The translations under genes were made by a program, and so were the position numbers. 64,000 nt of DNA from the human T2T-CHM13v2.0 reference genome, Homo sapiens, in assembly GCF_009914755.1 (NCBI RefSeq), contig NC_060948.1; one strand, 5' to 3'. Positions within the stretch are counted from its first letter, which is position 1. Each line of letters begins with the position of its first letter. The notes beneath the pieces were generated by a model, which saw nothing but the letters and a program-made list of their open reading frames with translations, was not told the origin of the DNA and did not search any database. Shown in pieces: positions 42,873 through 62,211 of the stretch.

Positions 42873-44977
42873 AGATCCATAATTTTTAAATGAAAAAAAA
42901 TTTCAAAGGTACTCTGCTTGGTACAATAATCAAATGTATAAACTGAGGAATAAAACATAACCATGAAACCTACTTATAACTGCATATGGAAAATACAGAG
43001 GATAATTTTTTAAATAAAATATTTTGAAAGCCTTAACTAGTAATTTGAAGAGTTGGCATTTGAAAGGCCAGTATGAATATACCTTCAAAGCAGCAACACA
43101 GGTTCCCCATGAGAAAAAGCAAACACAGGGAAAATAAAAACACAAAGGTTCAATCTCTTCTGACCTTTGAAAGACACAGCACAGACAGTGGTTCTTAGGA
43201 CGAAGAGCAGGAGACCCCTAATTCCGTCACCATGGCGATAGGGCATAAACATTGCTGGGTGAGGGCACAATCCACATTGTGAGGTCCAACTGCTGCCAGG
43301 AAGACAGGAGTGCTTTTACATAGACCGAAAGGTCATTGAAGGCTCAGAGTTTTGTTTCAAGAACTGAATCCCAAGCCCACACGTTATTAGGCTGCGCTTC
43401 TTAAAACAAGTTATGAGATGGGAAAAAGGGCACCCACAAACATACGTATACATTATGTATATAATAATATACAGTATCATATATATAATATATATAACCT
43501 ATGTATAATATTGTTTTACATCCTGCATCTTATGTTATATATATTGTATAAAATATAATAATTGATAATATATAAGTTTTATATTTATACAATATGACAT
43601 ATAGTATATATTATAATTTATGACATATATAATATATGTTATATATCATATATAGAATATATTATACGGTTAATATACGTATTAAATATAAATTATACAT
43701 TATATATATTATATATAATATATCTGTTATATATAATACCCATTATGCATAATATATATATTATGTCTATGTTATATATAGTATAAAACAACATATAATA
43801 ATATATAATTGTATATATAAAATGCGACATATAATATATATTATATTTTATAACATATGTAATATATATTATATATTATATATAATACGTTGTATGTATA
43901 ATACCTATATTAAATATATATTATATGACTATGTTATTAATTACATGTCACATGTGTTATATATTATATATTTTACATAGAATATACCTGTTACATACAA
44001 TATATACTATGTTACCTATAATGTATAATTTATTACATGTAAAATAAAGAATGCAATATATTATGTATAATTTATAATATACCATATGTGGAATGTGATA
44101 TATATAACATATAATATATGATATATGATATACAGTATATGATATATAACATACAATATATGATTCCTAATATATATGGTATACAATATATATTTCATGA
44201 TATGTATTCTATATGTTTTATATTCTGTTATATATAACTATTTGAAATTATATATAACTGTATAATATTTTATGTAAATATGTAATATAATATATATAAC
44301 TATATAATATATTATATATAACTATATATTATGTTATATATACTTTTATAACATAATTTGCATAAAATATCATAACATAATATATATTATATTATTTCAT
44401 ATTACATAATATATATTACATATCACCCAATATAACTAACATACATAATATTATAATATAGATTATATTATGTTATATTAAATATCATATATATCATGTA
44501 TCATATATTCTATAATATATATTACACATTATATAATATGTATGTTGTCTATTATGTGATATATATAACTCTATATATAATTATATTTTTATACATATAA
44601 CTAGATAAACATGTAATTCTACATATTTTCATTTATAATATGTAGAATTATATAATCATATATAATTATTTATATTCTATAAAAAATTTTATCATTATAT
44701 CAATTATAATATATAAAAATTATAATATGTACTACAAATATATATATTATATATCATATATGATATAGTACCTTTGTTATATATCATAATACATATAAAT
44801 GTGTATTATGTTATCTATAATTATATAATTTCATATATAAGATGCATAATATTTATTATATATTATAAATGTTATGTAATATATATAGTATATATAAGAT
44901 GACACAGGATAAATATTATATACTATGACATATAAAATATATGAGGTTATATGTTACATATAAGGCATAGCACATAA

Positions 44978-45292
<315 letters not shown>

Positions 45293-47390
45293 AGATCCAT
45301 ATTTTGTAAATGAAAAAAAATTTCAAAGGTACTCTGCTTGGTACAATAATCAAATGTATAAACTGAGGAATAAAACATAACCATGAAACCTACTTATAAC
45401 TGCATATGGAAAATACAGAGGATAATTTTTTAAATAACATATTTTGAAAGCCTTAACTAGTAATTTGAAGAGTTGGCATTTGAAAGGCCAGTATGAATAT
45501 ACCTTCAAAGCAGCAACACAGGTTCCCCATGAGAAAAAGCAAACTCAGGGAAAATAAAACCACAAAGGTTCAATCTCTTCTGACCTTTGAAAGACACAGC
45601 ACAGACAGTGGTCCTTAGGACGAAGAGCAGGAGACCCCTAATTCCGTCACCATGGCGATAGGGCATAAACACTGCTGGGTGAGGGCACAATCCACATTGT
45701 GAGGTCCAACTGCTGCCAGGAAGACAGGAGTGCTTTTACATAGACCGAAAGGTCATTGAAGGCTCAGAGTTTTGTTTCAAGAACTGAATCCCAAGCCCAC
45801 ACGTTATTAGGCTGCGCTTCTTAAAACAAGTTATGAGATGGGAAAAAGGGCACCCACAAACATACGTATACATTATGTATATAATCATATACAGTATCAT
45901 ATATATAATATATATAACCTATGTATAATATTGTTTTACATCCTGCATCTTATATTATATATATTGTGTAAAATATAATAATTGATAATATATAAGTTTT
46001 ATATTTATACAATATGACATATAGTATATATTATAATTTATGACATATATAATATATGTTATATATCATATATAGAATATATTATACGGTTAATATACGT
46101 ATTAAATATAAATTATACATTATATATATTATATATAATATATCTGCTATATATAATACCCATTATGCATAATATATATATTATGTCTATGTTATGTATA
46201 GTATAAAACAACATATAATAATATATAATTGTATATATAAAATGCGACATATAATATATATTATATTTTATGACATCTGTAATATATATTATATATTATA
46301 TATAATACGTTGTATGTATAATACCTATATTAAATATATATTATATGACTATGTTATTAATTACATGTCACATATGTTATATATTATATATTTTACATAG
46401 AATATACCGGTTACATACAATATATACTATGTTACCTATAATGTATAATTTATTACATGTAAAATAAAGAATGCAATATATTATGTGTAATTTATAATAT
46501 ACAATATGTGGAATGTGATATATATAACATATAATATATGATATATGATATACAGTATACGATATATAACATACAATATATGATACCTAATATATATGGT
46601 ATACAATATATATTTTATGATATGTATTCTATATGTTTTATATTCTGTTATATATAACTATTTGAAATTATATATAACTGTATAATATTTTATGTAAATA
46701 TGTAATATAATATATATAACTATATAATATATTATATATAACTATATATTATGTTATATATACTTTCATAACTTTATTTACATAAAATATCATAGTATAA
46801 TATATATTATATTACTTCATATTACATAATATATATTACATATCACCCAATATAAGTAACATACATAATATTATAATATACATTATATTATGTTTTATTA
46901 AATATAATATATATCATGTATCATATATTCTATAATATATATTACACATTATATAATATGCATGTTGTCTATTATGTGATATATATAACTATATATATAA
47001 TTATATTATTATACATATATCTAGATAAACATGTAATTCTACATATTTTCATTTATAATATATAGAATTACATAATCATATATAATTATATTCTATAAAA
47101 AATTATATCATTATATAAATTATAATATATAAAAATTATAATATGTACTACAAATATATATATTATATATCATATATGATATAGTACCTTTGTTATATAT
47201 CATAATACATATAAATGTGTATTATGTTATCTATAATTATATAATTTCATATATAAGATGTATAATTATTATATATTATAAATGTTATGTAATATATATA
47301 GTATATATAAGATGACACAGGATAAATATTATATACTATGACATATAAAATATATGAGGTTATATGTTACATATAAGGCATAGCACATAA

Positions 47391-47705
<315 letters not shown>

Positions 47706-49826
47706 AGATCCATATTTTGTAAATGAAAAAAAATTTCAAAGGTACTCTGCTTGGTACAATAATCAAATGTATAAACTGAGGAATAAAACATAACCATGAA
47801 ACCTACTTATAACTGCATATGGAAAATACAGAGGATAATTTTTTAAATAACATATTTTGAAAGCCTTAACTAGTAATTTGAAGAGTTGGCATTTGAAAGG
47901 CCAGTATGAATATACCTTCAAAGCAGCAACACAGGTTCCCCATGAGAAAAAGCAAACTCAGGGAAAATAAAACCACAAAGGTTCAATCTCTTCTGACCTT
48001 TGAAAGACACAGCACAGACAGTGGTCCTTAGGACGAAGAGCAGGAGACCCCTAATTCCGTCACCATGGCGATAGGGCATAAACACTGCTGGGTGAGGGCA
48101 CAATCCACATTGTGAGGTCCAACTGCTGCCAGGAAGACAGGAGTGCTTTTACATAGACCGAAAGGTCATTGAAGGCTCAGAGTTTTGTTTCAAGAACTGA
48201 ATCCCAAGCCCACACGTTATTAGGCTGCGCTTCTTAAAACAAGTTATGAGATGGGAAAAAGGGCACCCACAAACATACGTATACATTATGTATATAATCA
48301 TATACAGTATCATATATATAATATATATAACCTATGTATAATATTGTTTTACATCCTGCATCTTATATTATATATATTGTGTAAAATATAATAATTGATA
48401 ATATATAAGTTTTATATTTATACAATATGACATATAGTATATATTATAATTTATGACATATATAATATATGTTATATATCATATATAGAATATATTATAC
48501 GGTTAATATACGTATTAAATATAAATTATACATTATATATATTATATATAATATATCTGCTATATATAATACCCATTATGCATAATATATATATTATGTC
48601 TATGTTATGTATAGTATAAAACAACATATAATAATATATAATTGTATATATAAAATGCGACATATAATATATATTATATTTTATGACATCTGTAATATAT
48701 ATTATATATTATATATAATACGTTGTATGTATAATACCTATATTAAATATATATTATATGACTATGTTATTAATTACATGTCACATATGTTATATATTAT
48801 ATATTTTACATAGAATATACCGGTTACATACAATATATACTATGTTACCTATAATGTATAATTTATTACATGTAAAATAAAGAATGCAATATATTATGTG
48901 TAATTTATAATATACAATATGTGGAATGTGATATATATAACATATAATATATGATATATGATATACAGTATACGATATATAACATACAATATATGATACC
49001 TAATATATATGGTATACAATATATATTTTATGATATGTATTCTATATGTTTTATATTCTGTTATATATAACTATTTGAAATTATATATAACTGTATAATA
49101 TTTTATGTAAATATGTAATATAATATATATAACTATATAATATATTACATATAACTATATATTATGTTATATATACTTTCATAACTTTATTTACATAAAA
49201 TATCATAGTATAATATATATTATATTACTTCATATTACATAATATATATTACATATCACCCAATATAAGTAACATACATAATATTATAATATACATTATA
49301 TTATGTTTTATTAAATATAATATATATCATGTATCATATATTCTATAATATATATTACACATTATATAATATGCATGTTGTCTATTATGTGATATATATA
49401 ACTATATATATAATTATATTATTATACATATATCTAGATAAACATGTAATTCTACATATTTTCATTTATAATATATAGAATTACATAATCATATATAATT
49501 ATATTCTATAAAAAATTATATCATTATATAAATTATAATATATAAAAATTATAATATGTACTACAAATATATATATTATATATCATATATGATATAGTAC
49601 CTTTGTTATATATCATAATACATATAAATGTGTATTATGTTATCTATAATTATATAATTTCATATATAAGATGTATAATTATTATATATTATAAATGTTA
49701 TGTAATATATATAGTATATATAAGATGACACAGGATAAATATTATATACTATGACATATAAAATATATGAGGTTATATGTTACATATAAGGCATAGCACA
49801 TAACATGTAATATATATCATCTATAA

Positions 49827-50118
49827 TTTTTTTTTAGACAGAGTCTTGTCCTGTTGCACAGGGTGGAGTAAAATGGCGCCATCTTTGCTCACTGCAACAT
49901 CTGCCTCACGGGTCCAAGCGATTGTCCTCCCTCAGCCTCCCAGGTAGCTGGGACTGCACCACACTGCGACTACACCAGCTGCCACCATGCCTAGCTAATT
50001 TTTTGGATTTTTAGTAGTGACAGCGTTTCACTGTATTGGCCAGGATGGTCTTGATCTCTTCACCTTGTGATCCCCTTGCCTTGGCCTCCAAATTTGCTGG
50101 GATTACAGGCCTGAGCCA
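49827..50118 (-). mobile_element. Alu copy in U21
   Basis: Same antisense Alu as in U1. Confidence 0.93.
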
Positions 50119-52239
50119 AGATCCATATTTTGTAAATGAAAAAAAATTTCAAAGGTACTCTGCTTGGTACAATAATCAAATGTATAAACTGAGGAATAAA
50201 ACATAAACATGAAACCTACTTATAACTGCATATGGAAAATACAGAGGATAATTTTTTAAATAACATATTTTGAAAGCCTTAACTAGTAATTTGAAGAGTT
50301 GGCATTTGAAAGGCCAGTATGAATATACCTTCAAAGCAGCAACACAGGTTCCCCATGAGAAAAAGCAAACTCAGGGAAAATAAAACCACAAAGGTTCAAT
50401 CTCTTCTGACCTTTGAAAGACACAGCACAGACAGTGGTCCTTAGGACGAAGAGCAGGAGACCCCTAATTCCGTCACCATGGCGATAGGGCATAAACACTG
50501 CTGGGTGAGGGCACAATCCACATTGTGAGGTCCAACTGCTGCCAGGAAGACAGGAGTGCTTTTACATAGACCGAAAGGTCATTGAAGGCTCAGAGTTTTG
50601 TTTCAAGAACTGAATCCCAAGCCCACACGTTATTAGGCTGCGCTTCTTAAAACAAGTTATGAGATGGGAAAAAGGGCACTAACAAACATACGTATACATT
50701 ATGTATATAATAATATACAGTATCATATATATAATATATATAACCTATGTATAATATTGTTTTACATCCTGCATCTTATATTATATATATTGTGTAAAAT
50801 ATAATAATTGATAATATATAAGTTTTATATTTATACAATATGACATATAGTATATATTATAATTTATGACATATATAATATATGTTATATATCATATATA
50901 GAATATATTATACGGTTAATATACGTATTAAATATAAATTATACATTATATATATTATATATAATATATCTGCTATATATAATACCCATTATGCATAATA
51001 TATATATTATGTCTATGTTATGTATAGTATAAAACAACATATAATAATATATAATTGTATATATAAAATGCGACATATAATATATATTATATTTTATGAC
51101 ATCTGTAATATATATTATATATTATATATAATACGTTGTATGTATAATACCTATATTAAATATATATTATATGACTATGTTATTAATTACATGTCACATA
51201 TGTTATATATTATATATTTTACATAGAATATACCGGTTACATACAATATATACTATGTTACCTATAATGTATAATTTATTACATGTAAAATAAAGAATGC
51301 AATATATTATGTGTAATTTATAATATACAATATGTGGAATGTGATATATATAACATATAATATATGATATATGATATACAGTATACGATATATAACATAC
51401 AATATATGATACCTAATATATATGGTATACAATATATATTTTATGATATGTATTCTATATGTTTTATATTCTGTTATATATAACTATTTGAAATTATATA
51501 TAACTGTATAATATTTTATGTAAATATGTAATATAATATATATAACTATATAATATATTATATATAACTATATATTATGTTATATATACTTTCATAACTT
51601 TATTTACATAAAATATCATAGTATAATATATATTATATTACTTCATATTACATAATATATATTACATATCACCCAATATAAGTAACATACATAATATTAT
51701 AATATACATTATATTATGTTTTATTAAATATAATATATATCATGTATCATATATTCTATAATATATATTACACATTATATAATATGCATGTTGTCTATTA
51801 TGTGATATATATAACTATATATATAATTATATTATTATACATATATCTAGATAAACATGTAATTCTACATATTTTCATTTATAATATATAGAATTACATA
51901 ATCATATATAATTATATTCTATAAAAAATTATATCATTATATAAATTATAATATATAAAAATTATAATATGTACTACAAATATATATATTATATATCATA
52001 TATGATATAGTACCTTTGTTATATATCATAATACATATAAATGTGTATTATGTTATCTATAATTATATAATTTCATATATAAGATGTATAATTATTATAT
52101 ATTATAAATGTTATGTAATATATATAGTATATATAAGATGACACAGGATAAATATTATATACTATGACATATAAAATATATGAGGTTATATGTTACATAT
52201 AAGGCATAGCACATAACATGTAATATATATCATCTTTAA

Positions 52240-52531
52240 TTTTTTTTTAGACAGAGTCTTGTCCTGTTGCACAGGGTGGAGTAAAATGGCGCCATCTTTG
52301 CTCACTGCAACATCTGCCTCACGGGTCCAAGCGATTGTCCTCCCTCAGCCTCCCAGGTAGCTGGGACTGCACCACACTGCGACTACACCAGCTGCCACCA
52401 TGCCTAGCTAATTTTTTGGATTTTTAGTAGTGACAGCGTTTCACTGTATTGGCCAGGATGGTCTTGATCTCTTCACCTTGTGATCCCCTTGCCTTGGCCT
52501 CCAAATTTGCTGGGATTACAGGCCTGAGCCA
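52240..52531 (-). mobile_element. Alu copy in U22
   Basis: Same antisense Alu as in U1. Confidence 0.93.
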
Positions 52532-54636
52532 AGATCCATATTTTGTAAATGAAAAAAAATTTCAAAGGTACTCTGCTTGGTACAATAATCAAATGTATAA
52601 ACTGAGGAATAAAACATAACCATGAAACCTACTTATAACTGCATATGGAAAATACAGAGGATAATTTTTTAAATAACATATTTTGAAAGCCTTAACTAGT
52701 AATTTGAAGAGTTGGCATTTGAAAGGCCAGTATGAATATACCTTCAAAGCAGCAACACAGGTTCCCCATGAGAAAAAGCAAACTCAGGGAAAATAAAACC
52801 ACAAAGGTTCAATCTCTTCTGACCTTTGAAAGACACAGCACAGACAGTGGTCCTTAGGACGAAGAGCAGGAGACCCCTAATTCCGTCACCATGGCGATAG
52901 GGCATAAACACTGCTGGGTGAGGGCACAATCCACATTGTGAGGTCCAACTGCTGCCAGGAAGACAGGAGTGCTTTTACATAGACCGAAAGGTCATTGAAG
53001 GCTCAGAGTTTTGTTTCAAGAACTGAATCCCAAGCCCACACGTTATTAGGCTGCGCTTCTTAAAACAAGTTATGAGATGGGAAAAAGGGCACTAACAAAC
53101 ATACGTATACATTATGTATATAATCATATACAGTATCATATATATAATATATATAACCTATGTATAATATTGTTTTACATCCTGCATCTTATATTATATA
53201 TATTGTGTAAAATATAATAATTGATAATATATAAGTTTTATATTTATACAATATGACATATAGTATATATTATAATTTATGACATATATAATATATGTTA
53301 TATATCATATATAGAATATATTATACGGTTAATATACGTATTAAATATAAATTATACATTATATATATTATATATAATATATCTGCTATATATAATACCC
53401 ATTATGCATAATATATATATTATGTCTATGTTATGTATAGTATAAAACAACATATAATAATATATAATTGTATATATAAAATGCGACATATAATATATAT
53501 TATATTTTATGACATCTGTAATATATATTATATATTATATATAATACGTTGTATGTATAATAGCTATATTAAATATATATTATATGACTATGTTATTAAT
53601 TACATGTCACATATGTTATATATTATATATTATACATAGAATATACCGGTTATATACAATATATACTATGTTACCTATAATGTATAATTTATTACATGTA
53701 AAATAAAGAATGCAATATATTATGTGTAATTTATAATATACAATATGTGGAATGTGATATATATAACATATAATATATGATATATGATATACAGTATATG
53801 ATATATAACATACAATATATGATACCTAATATATATGGTATACAATATATATTTTATGATATGTATTCTAAATGTTTTATATTCTGTTATATATAACTGT
53901 TTGAAATTATATATAACTGTATAATATTTTATGTAAATATGTAATATAATATATATAACTATATAATATATTATATATAACTATATATTATGTTATATAT
54001 ACTTTTATAACTTTATTTACATAAAATATCATAGTATAATATATATTATATTACTTCATATTACATAATATATATTACATATCACCCAATATAAGTAACA
54101 TACATAATATTATAATATAGATTATATTATGTTATATTAAATATCATATATATCATGTATCATATATTCTATAATATGTATTATACATTATATAATATGC
54201 ATGTTGTCTATTATGTGATATATATAACTATATATATAATTATATGATTATACATATATCTAGATAAACATGTAATTCTACATGTTTTCATTTATAATAT
54301 ATAGAATTACATAATCATATATAATTATTTATATTCTATAAAAAATTATATCATTATATAAATTATAATATATAAAAATTATAATATGTACTACAAATAT
54401 ATATATTATATATCATATATGATATAGTACCTTTGTTATATATCATAATACATATAAATGTGTATTATGTTATCTATAATTATATAATTTCATATATAAG
54501 ATGTATAATATTTATTATATATTATAAATGTTATGTAATATATATAGTATATATAAGATGACACAGGATAAATATTATATACTATGACATATAAAATATA
54601 TGAGGTTATATGTTACATATAAGGCATAGCACATAA

Positions 54637-54951
<315 letters not shown>

Positions 54952-57056
54952 AGATCCATATTTTGTAAATGAAAAAAAATTTCAAAGGTACTCTGCTTGG
55001 TACAATAATCAAATGTATAAACTGAGGAATAAAACATAAACATGAAACCTACTTATAACTGCATATGGAAAATACAGAGGATAATTTTTTAAATAACATA
55101 TTTTGAAAGCCTTAACTAGTAATTTGAAGAGTTGGCATTTGAAAGGCCAGTATGAATATACCTTCAAAGCAGCAACACAGGTTCCCCATGAGAAAAAGCA
55201 AACTCAGGGAAAATAAAACCACAAAGGTTCAATCTCTTCTGACCTTTGAAAGACACAGCACAGACAGTGGTCCTTAGGACGAAGAGCAGGAGACCCCTAA
55301 TTCCGTCACCATGGCGATAGGGCATAAACACTGCTGGGTGAGGGCACAATCCACATTGTGAGGTCCAACTGCTGCCAGGAAGACAGGAGTGCTTTTACAT
55401 AGACCGAAAGGTCATTGAAGGCTCAGAGTTTTGTTTCAAGAACTGAATCCCAAGCCCACACGTTATTAGGCTGCGCTTCTTAAAACAAGTTATGAGATGG
55501 GAAAAAGGGCACTAACAAACATACGTATACATTATGTATATAATAATATACAGTATCATATATATAATATATATAACCTATGTATAATATTGTTTTACAT
55601 CCTGCATCTTATATTATATATATTGTGTAAAATATAATAATTGATAATATATAAGTTTTATATTTATACAATATGACATATAGTATATATTATAATTTAT
55701 GACATATATAATATATGTTATATATCATATATAGAATATATTATACGGTTAATATACGTATTAAATATAAATTATACATTATATATATTATATATAATAT
55801 ATCTGCTATATATAATACCCATTATGCATAATATATATATTATGTCTATGTTATGTATAGTATAAAACAACATATAATAATATATAATTGTATATATAAA
55901 ATGCGACATATAATATATATTATATTTTATGACATCTGTAATATATATTATATATTATATATAATACATTGTATGTATAATAGCTATATTAAATATATAT
56001 TATATGACTATGTTATTAATTACATGTCACATATGTTATATATTATATATTATACATAGAATATACCGGTTATATACAATATATACTATGTTACCTATAA
56101 TGTATAATTTATTACATGTAAAATAAAGAATGCAATATATTATGTGTAATTTATAATATACAATATGTGGAATGTGATATATATAACATATAATATATGA
56201 TATATGATATACAGTATATGATATATAACATACAATATATGATACCTAATATATATGGTATACAATATATATTTTATGATATGTATTCTAAATGTTTTAT
56301 ATTCTGTTATATATAACTGTTTGAAATTATATATAACTGTATAATATTTTATGTAAATATGTAATATAATATATATAACTATATAATATATTATATATAA
56401 CTATATATTATGTTATATATACTTTTATAACTTTATTTACATAAAATATCATAGTATAATATATATTATATTACTTCATATTACATAATATATATTACAT
56501 ATCACCCAATATAAGTAACATACATAATATTATAATATAGATTATATTATGTTATATTAAATATCATATATATCATGTATCATATATTCTATAATATGTA
56601 TTATACATTATATAATATGCATGTTGTCTATTATGTGATATATATAACTATATATATAATTATATGATTATACATATATCTAGATAAACATGTAATTCTA
56701 CATGTTTTCATTTATAATATATAGAATTACATAATCATATATAATTATTTATATTCTATAAAAAATTATATCATTATATAAATTATAATATATAAAAATT
56801 ATAATATGTACTACAAATATATATATTATATATCATATATGATATAGTACCTTTGTTATATATCATAATACATATAAATGTGTATTATGTTATCTATAAT
56901 TATATAATTTCATATATAAGATGTATAATATTTATTATATATTATAAATGTTATGTAATATATATAGTATATATAAGATGACACAGGATAAATATTATAT
57001 ACTATGACATATAAAATATATGAGGTTATATGTTACATATAAGGCATAGCACATAA

Positions 57057-57371
<315 letters not shown>

Positions 57372-59476
57372 AGATCCATATTTTGTAAATGAAAAAAAAT
57401 TTCAAAGGTACTCTGCTTGGTACAATAATCAAATGTATAAACTGAGGAATAAAACATAAACATGAAACCTACTTATAACTGCATATGGAAAATACAGAGG
57501 ATAATTTTTTAAATAACATATTTTGAAAGCCTTAACTAGTAATTTGAAGAGTTGGCATTTGAAAGGCCAGTATGAATATACCTTCAAAGCAGCAACACAG
57601 GTTCCCCATGAGAAAAAGCAAACTCAGGGAAAATAAAACCACAAAGGTTCAATCTCTTCTGACCTTTGAAAGACACAGCACAGACAGTGGTCCTTAGGAC
57701 GAAGAGCAGGAGACCCCTAATTCCGTCACCATGGCGATAGGGCATAAACACTGCTGGGTGAGGGCACAATCCACATTGTGAGGTCCAACTGCTGCCAGGA
57801 AGACAGGAGTGCTTTTACATAGACCGAAAGGTCATTGAAGGCTCAGAGTTTTGTTTCAAGAACTGAATCCCAAGCCCACACGTTATTAGGCTGCGCTTCT
57901 TAAAACAAGTTATGAGATGGGAAAAAGGGCACTAACAAACATACGTATACATTATGTATATAATAATATACAGTATCATATATATAATATATATAACCTA
58001 TGTATAATATTGTTTTACATCCTGCATCTTATATTATATATATTGTGTAAAATATAATAATTGATAATATATAAGTTTTATATTTATACAATATGACATA
58101 TAGTATATATTATAATTTATGACATATATAATATATGTTATATATCATATATAGAATATATTATACGGTTAATATACGTATTAAATATAAATTATACATT
58201 ATATATATTATATATAATATATCTGCTATATATAATACCCATTATGCATAATATATATATTATGTCTATGTTATGTATAGTATAAAACAACATATAATAA
58301 TATATAATTGTATATATAAAATGCGACATATAATATATATTATATTTTATGACATCTGTAATATATATTATATATTATATATAATACGTTGTATGTATAA
58401 TAGCTATATTAAATATATATTATATGACTATGTTATTAATTACATGTCACATATGTTATATATTATATATTATACATAGAATATACCGGTTATATACAAT
58501 ATATACTATGTTACCTATAATGTATAATTTATTACATGTAAAATAAAGAATGCAATATATTATGTGTAATTTATAATATACAATATGTGGAATGTGATAT
58601 ATATAACATATAATATATGATATATGATATACAGTATATGATATATAACATACAATATATGATACCTAATATATATGGTATACAATATATATTTTATGAT
58701 ATGTATTCTAAATGTTTTATATTCTGTTATATATAACTGTTTGAAATTATATATAACTGTATAATATTTTATGTAAATATGTAATATAATATATATAACT
58801 ATATAATATATTATATATAACTATATATTATGTTATATATACTTTTATAACTTTATTTACATAAAATATCATAGTATAATATATATTATATTACTTCATA
58901 TTACATAATATATATTACATATCACCCAATATAAGTAACATACATAATATTATAATATAGATTATATTATGTTATATTAAATATCATATATATCATGTAT
59001 CATATATTCTATAATATGTATTATACATTATATAATATGCATGTTGTCTATTATGTGATATATATAACTATATATATAATTATATGATTATACATATATC
59101 TAGATAAACATGTAATTCTACATGTTTTCATTTATAATATATAGAATTACATAATCATATATAATTATTTATATTCTATAAAAAATTATATCATTATATA
59201 AATTATAATATATAAAAATTCTAATATGTACTACAAATATATATATTATATATCATATATGATATAGTACCTTTGTTATATATCATAATACATATAAATG
59301 TGTATTATGTTATCTATAATTATATAATTTCATATATAAGATGTATAATATTTATTATATATTATAAATGTTATGTAATATATATAGTATATATAAGATG
59401 ACACAGGATAAATATTATATACTATGACATATAAAATATATGAGGTTATATGTTACATATAAGGCATAGCACATAA

Positions 59477-59791
<315 letters not shown>

Positions 59792-61896
59792 AGATCCATA
59801 TTTTGTAAATGAAAAAAAATTTCAAAGGTACTCTGCTTGGTACAATAATCAAATGTATAAACTGAGGAATAAAACATAACCATGAAACCTACTTATAACT
59901 GCATATGGAAAATACAGAGGATAATTTTTTAAATAACATATTTTGAAAGCCTTAACTAGTAATTTGAAGAGTTGGCATTTGAAAGGCCAGTATGAATATA
60001 CCTTCAAAGCAGCAACACAGGTTCCCCATGAGAAAAAGCAAACTCAGGGAAAATAAAACCACAAAGGTTCAATCTCTTCTGACCTTTGAAAGACACAGCA
60101 CAGACAGTGGTCCTTAGGACGAAGAGCAGGAGACCCCTAATTCCGTCACCATGGCGATAGGGCATAAACACTGCTGGGTGAGGGCACAATCCACATTGTG
60201 AGGTCCAACTGCTGCCAGGAAGACAGGAGTGCTTTTACATAGACCGAAAGGTCATTGAAGGCTCAGAGTTTTGTTTCAAGAACTGAATCCCAAGCCCACA
60301 CGTTATTAGGCTGCGCTTCTTAAAACAAGTTATGAGATGGGAAAAAGGGCACTAACAAACATACGTATACATTATGTATATAATAATATACAGTATCATA
60401 TATATAATATATATAACCTATGTATAATATTGTTTTACATCCTGCATCTTATATTATATATATTGTGTAAAATATAATAATTGATAATATATAAGTTTTA
60501 TATTTATACAATATGACATATAGTATATATTATAATTTATGACATATATAATATATGTTATATATCATATATAGAATATATTATACGGTTAATATACGTA
60601 TTAAATATAAATTATACATTATATATATTATATATAATATATCTGCTATATATAATACCCATTATGCATAATATATATATTATGTCTATGTTATGTATAG
60701 TATAAAACAACATATAATAATATATAATTGTATATATAAAATGCGACATATAATATATATTATATTTTATGACATCTGTAATATATATTATATATTATAT
60801 ATAATACGTTGTATGTATAATAGCTATATTAAATATATATTATATGACTATGTTATTAATTACATGTCACATATGTTATATATTATATATTATACATAGA
60901 ATATACCGGTTATATACAATATATACTATGTTACCTATAATGTATAATTTATTACATGTAAAATAAAGAATGCAATATATTATGTGTAATTTATAATATA
61001 CAATATGTGGAATGTGATATATATAACATATAATATATGATATATGATATACAGTATATGATATATAACATACAATATATGATACCTAATATATATGGTA
61101 TACAATATATATTTTATGATATGTATTCTAAATGTTTTATATTCTGTTATATATAACTGTTTGAAATTATATATAACTGTATAATATTTTATGTAAATAT
61201 GTAATATAATATATATAACTATATAATATATTATATATAACTATATATTATGTTATATATACTTTTATAACTTTATTTACATAAAATATCATAGTATAAT
61301 ATATATTATATTACTTCATATTACATAATATATATTACATATCACCCAATATAAGTAACATACATAATATTATAATATAGATTATATTATGTTATATTAA
61401 ATATCATATATATCATGTATCATATATTCTATAATATGTATTATACATTATATAATATGCATGTTGTCTATTATGTGATATATATAACTATATATATAAT
61501 TATATGATTATACATATATCTAGATAAACATGTAATTCTACATATTTTCATTTATAATATATAGAATTACATAATCATATATAATTATTTATAGTCTATA
61601 AAAAATTATATCATTATATAAATTATAATATATAAAAATTATAATATGTACTACAAATATATATATTATATATCATATATGATATAGTACCTTTGTTATA
61701 TATCATAATACATATAAATGTGTATTATGTTATCTATAATTATATAATTTCATATATAAGATGTATAATATTTATTATATATTATATATGTTATGAAATA
61801 TATATAGTATATATAAGATGACACAGGATAAATATTATATACTATGACATATAAGATATATGAGGTTATATGTTACATATAAGGCATAGCACATAA

Positions 61897-62211
<315 letters not shown>
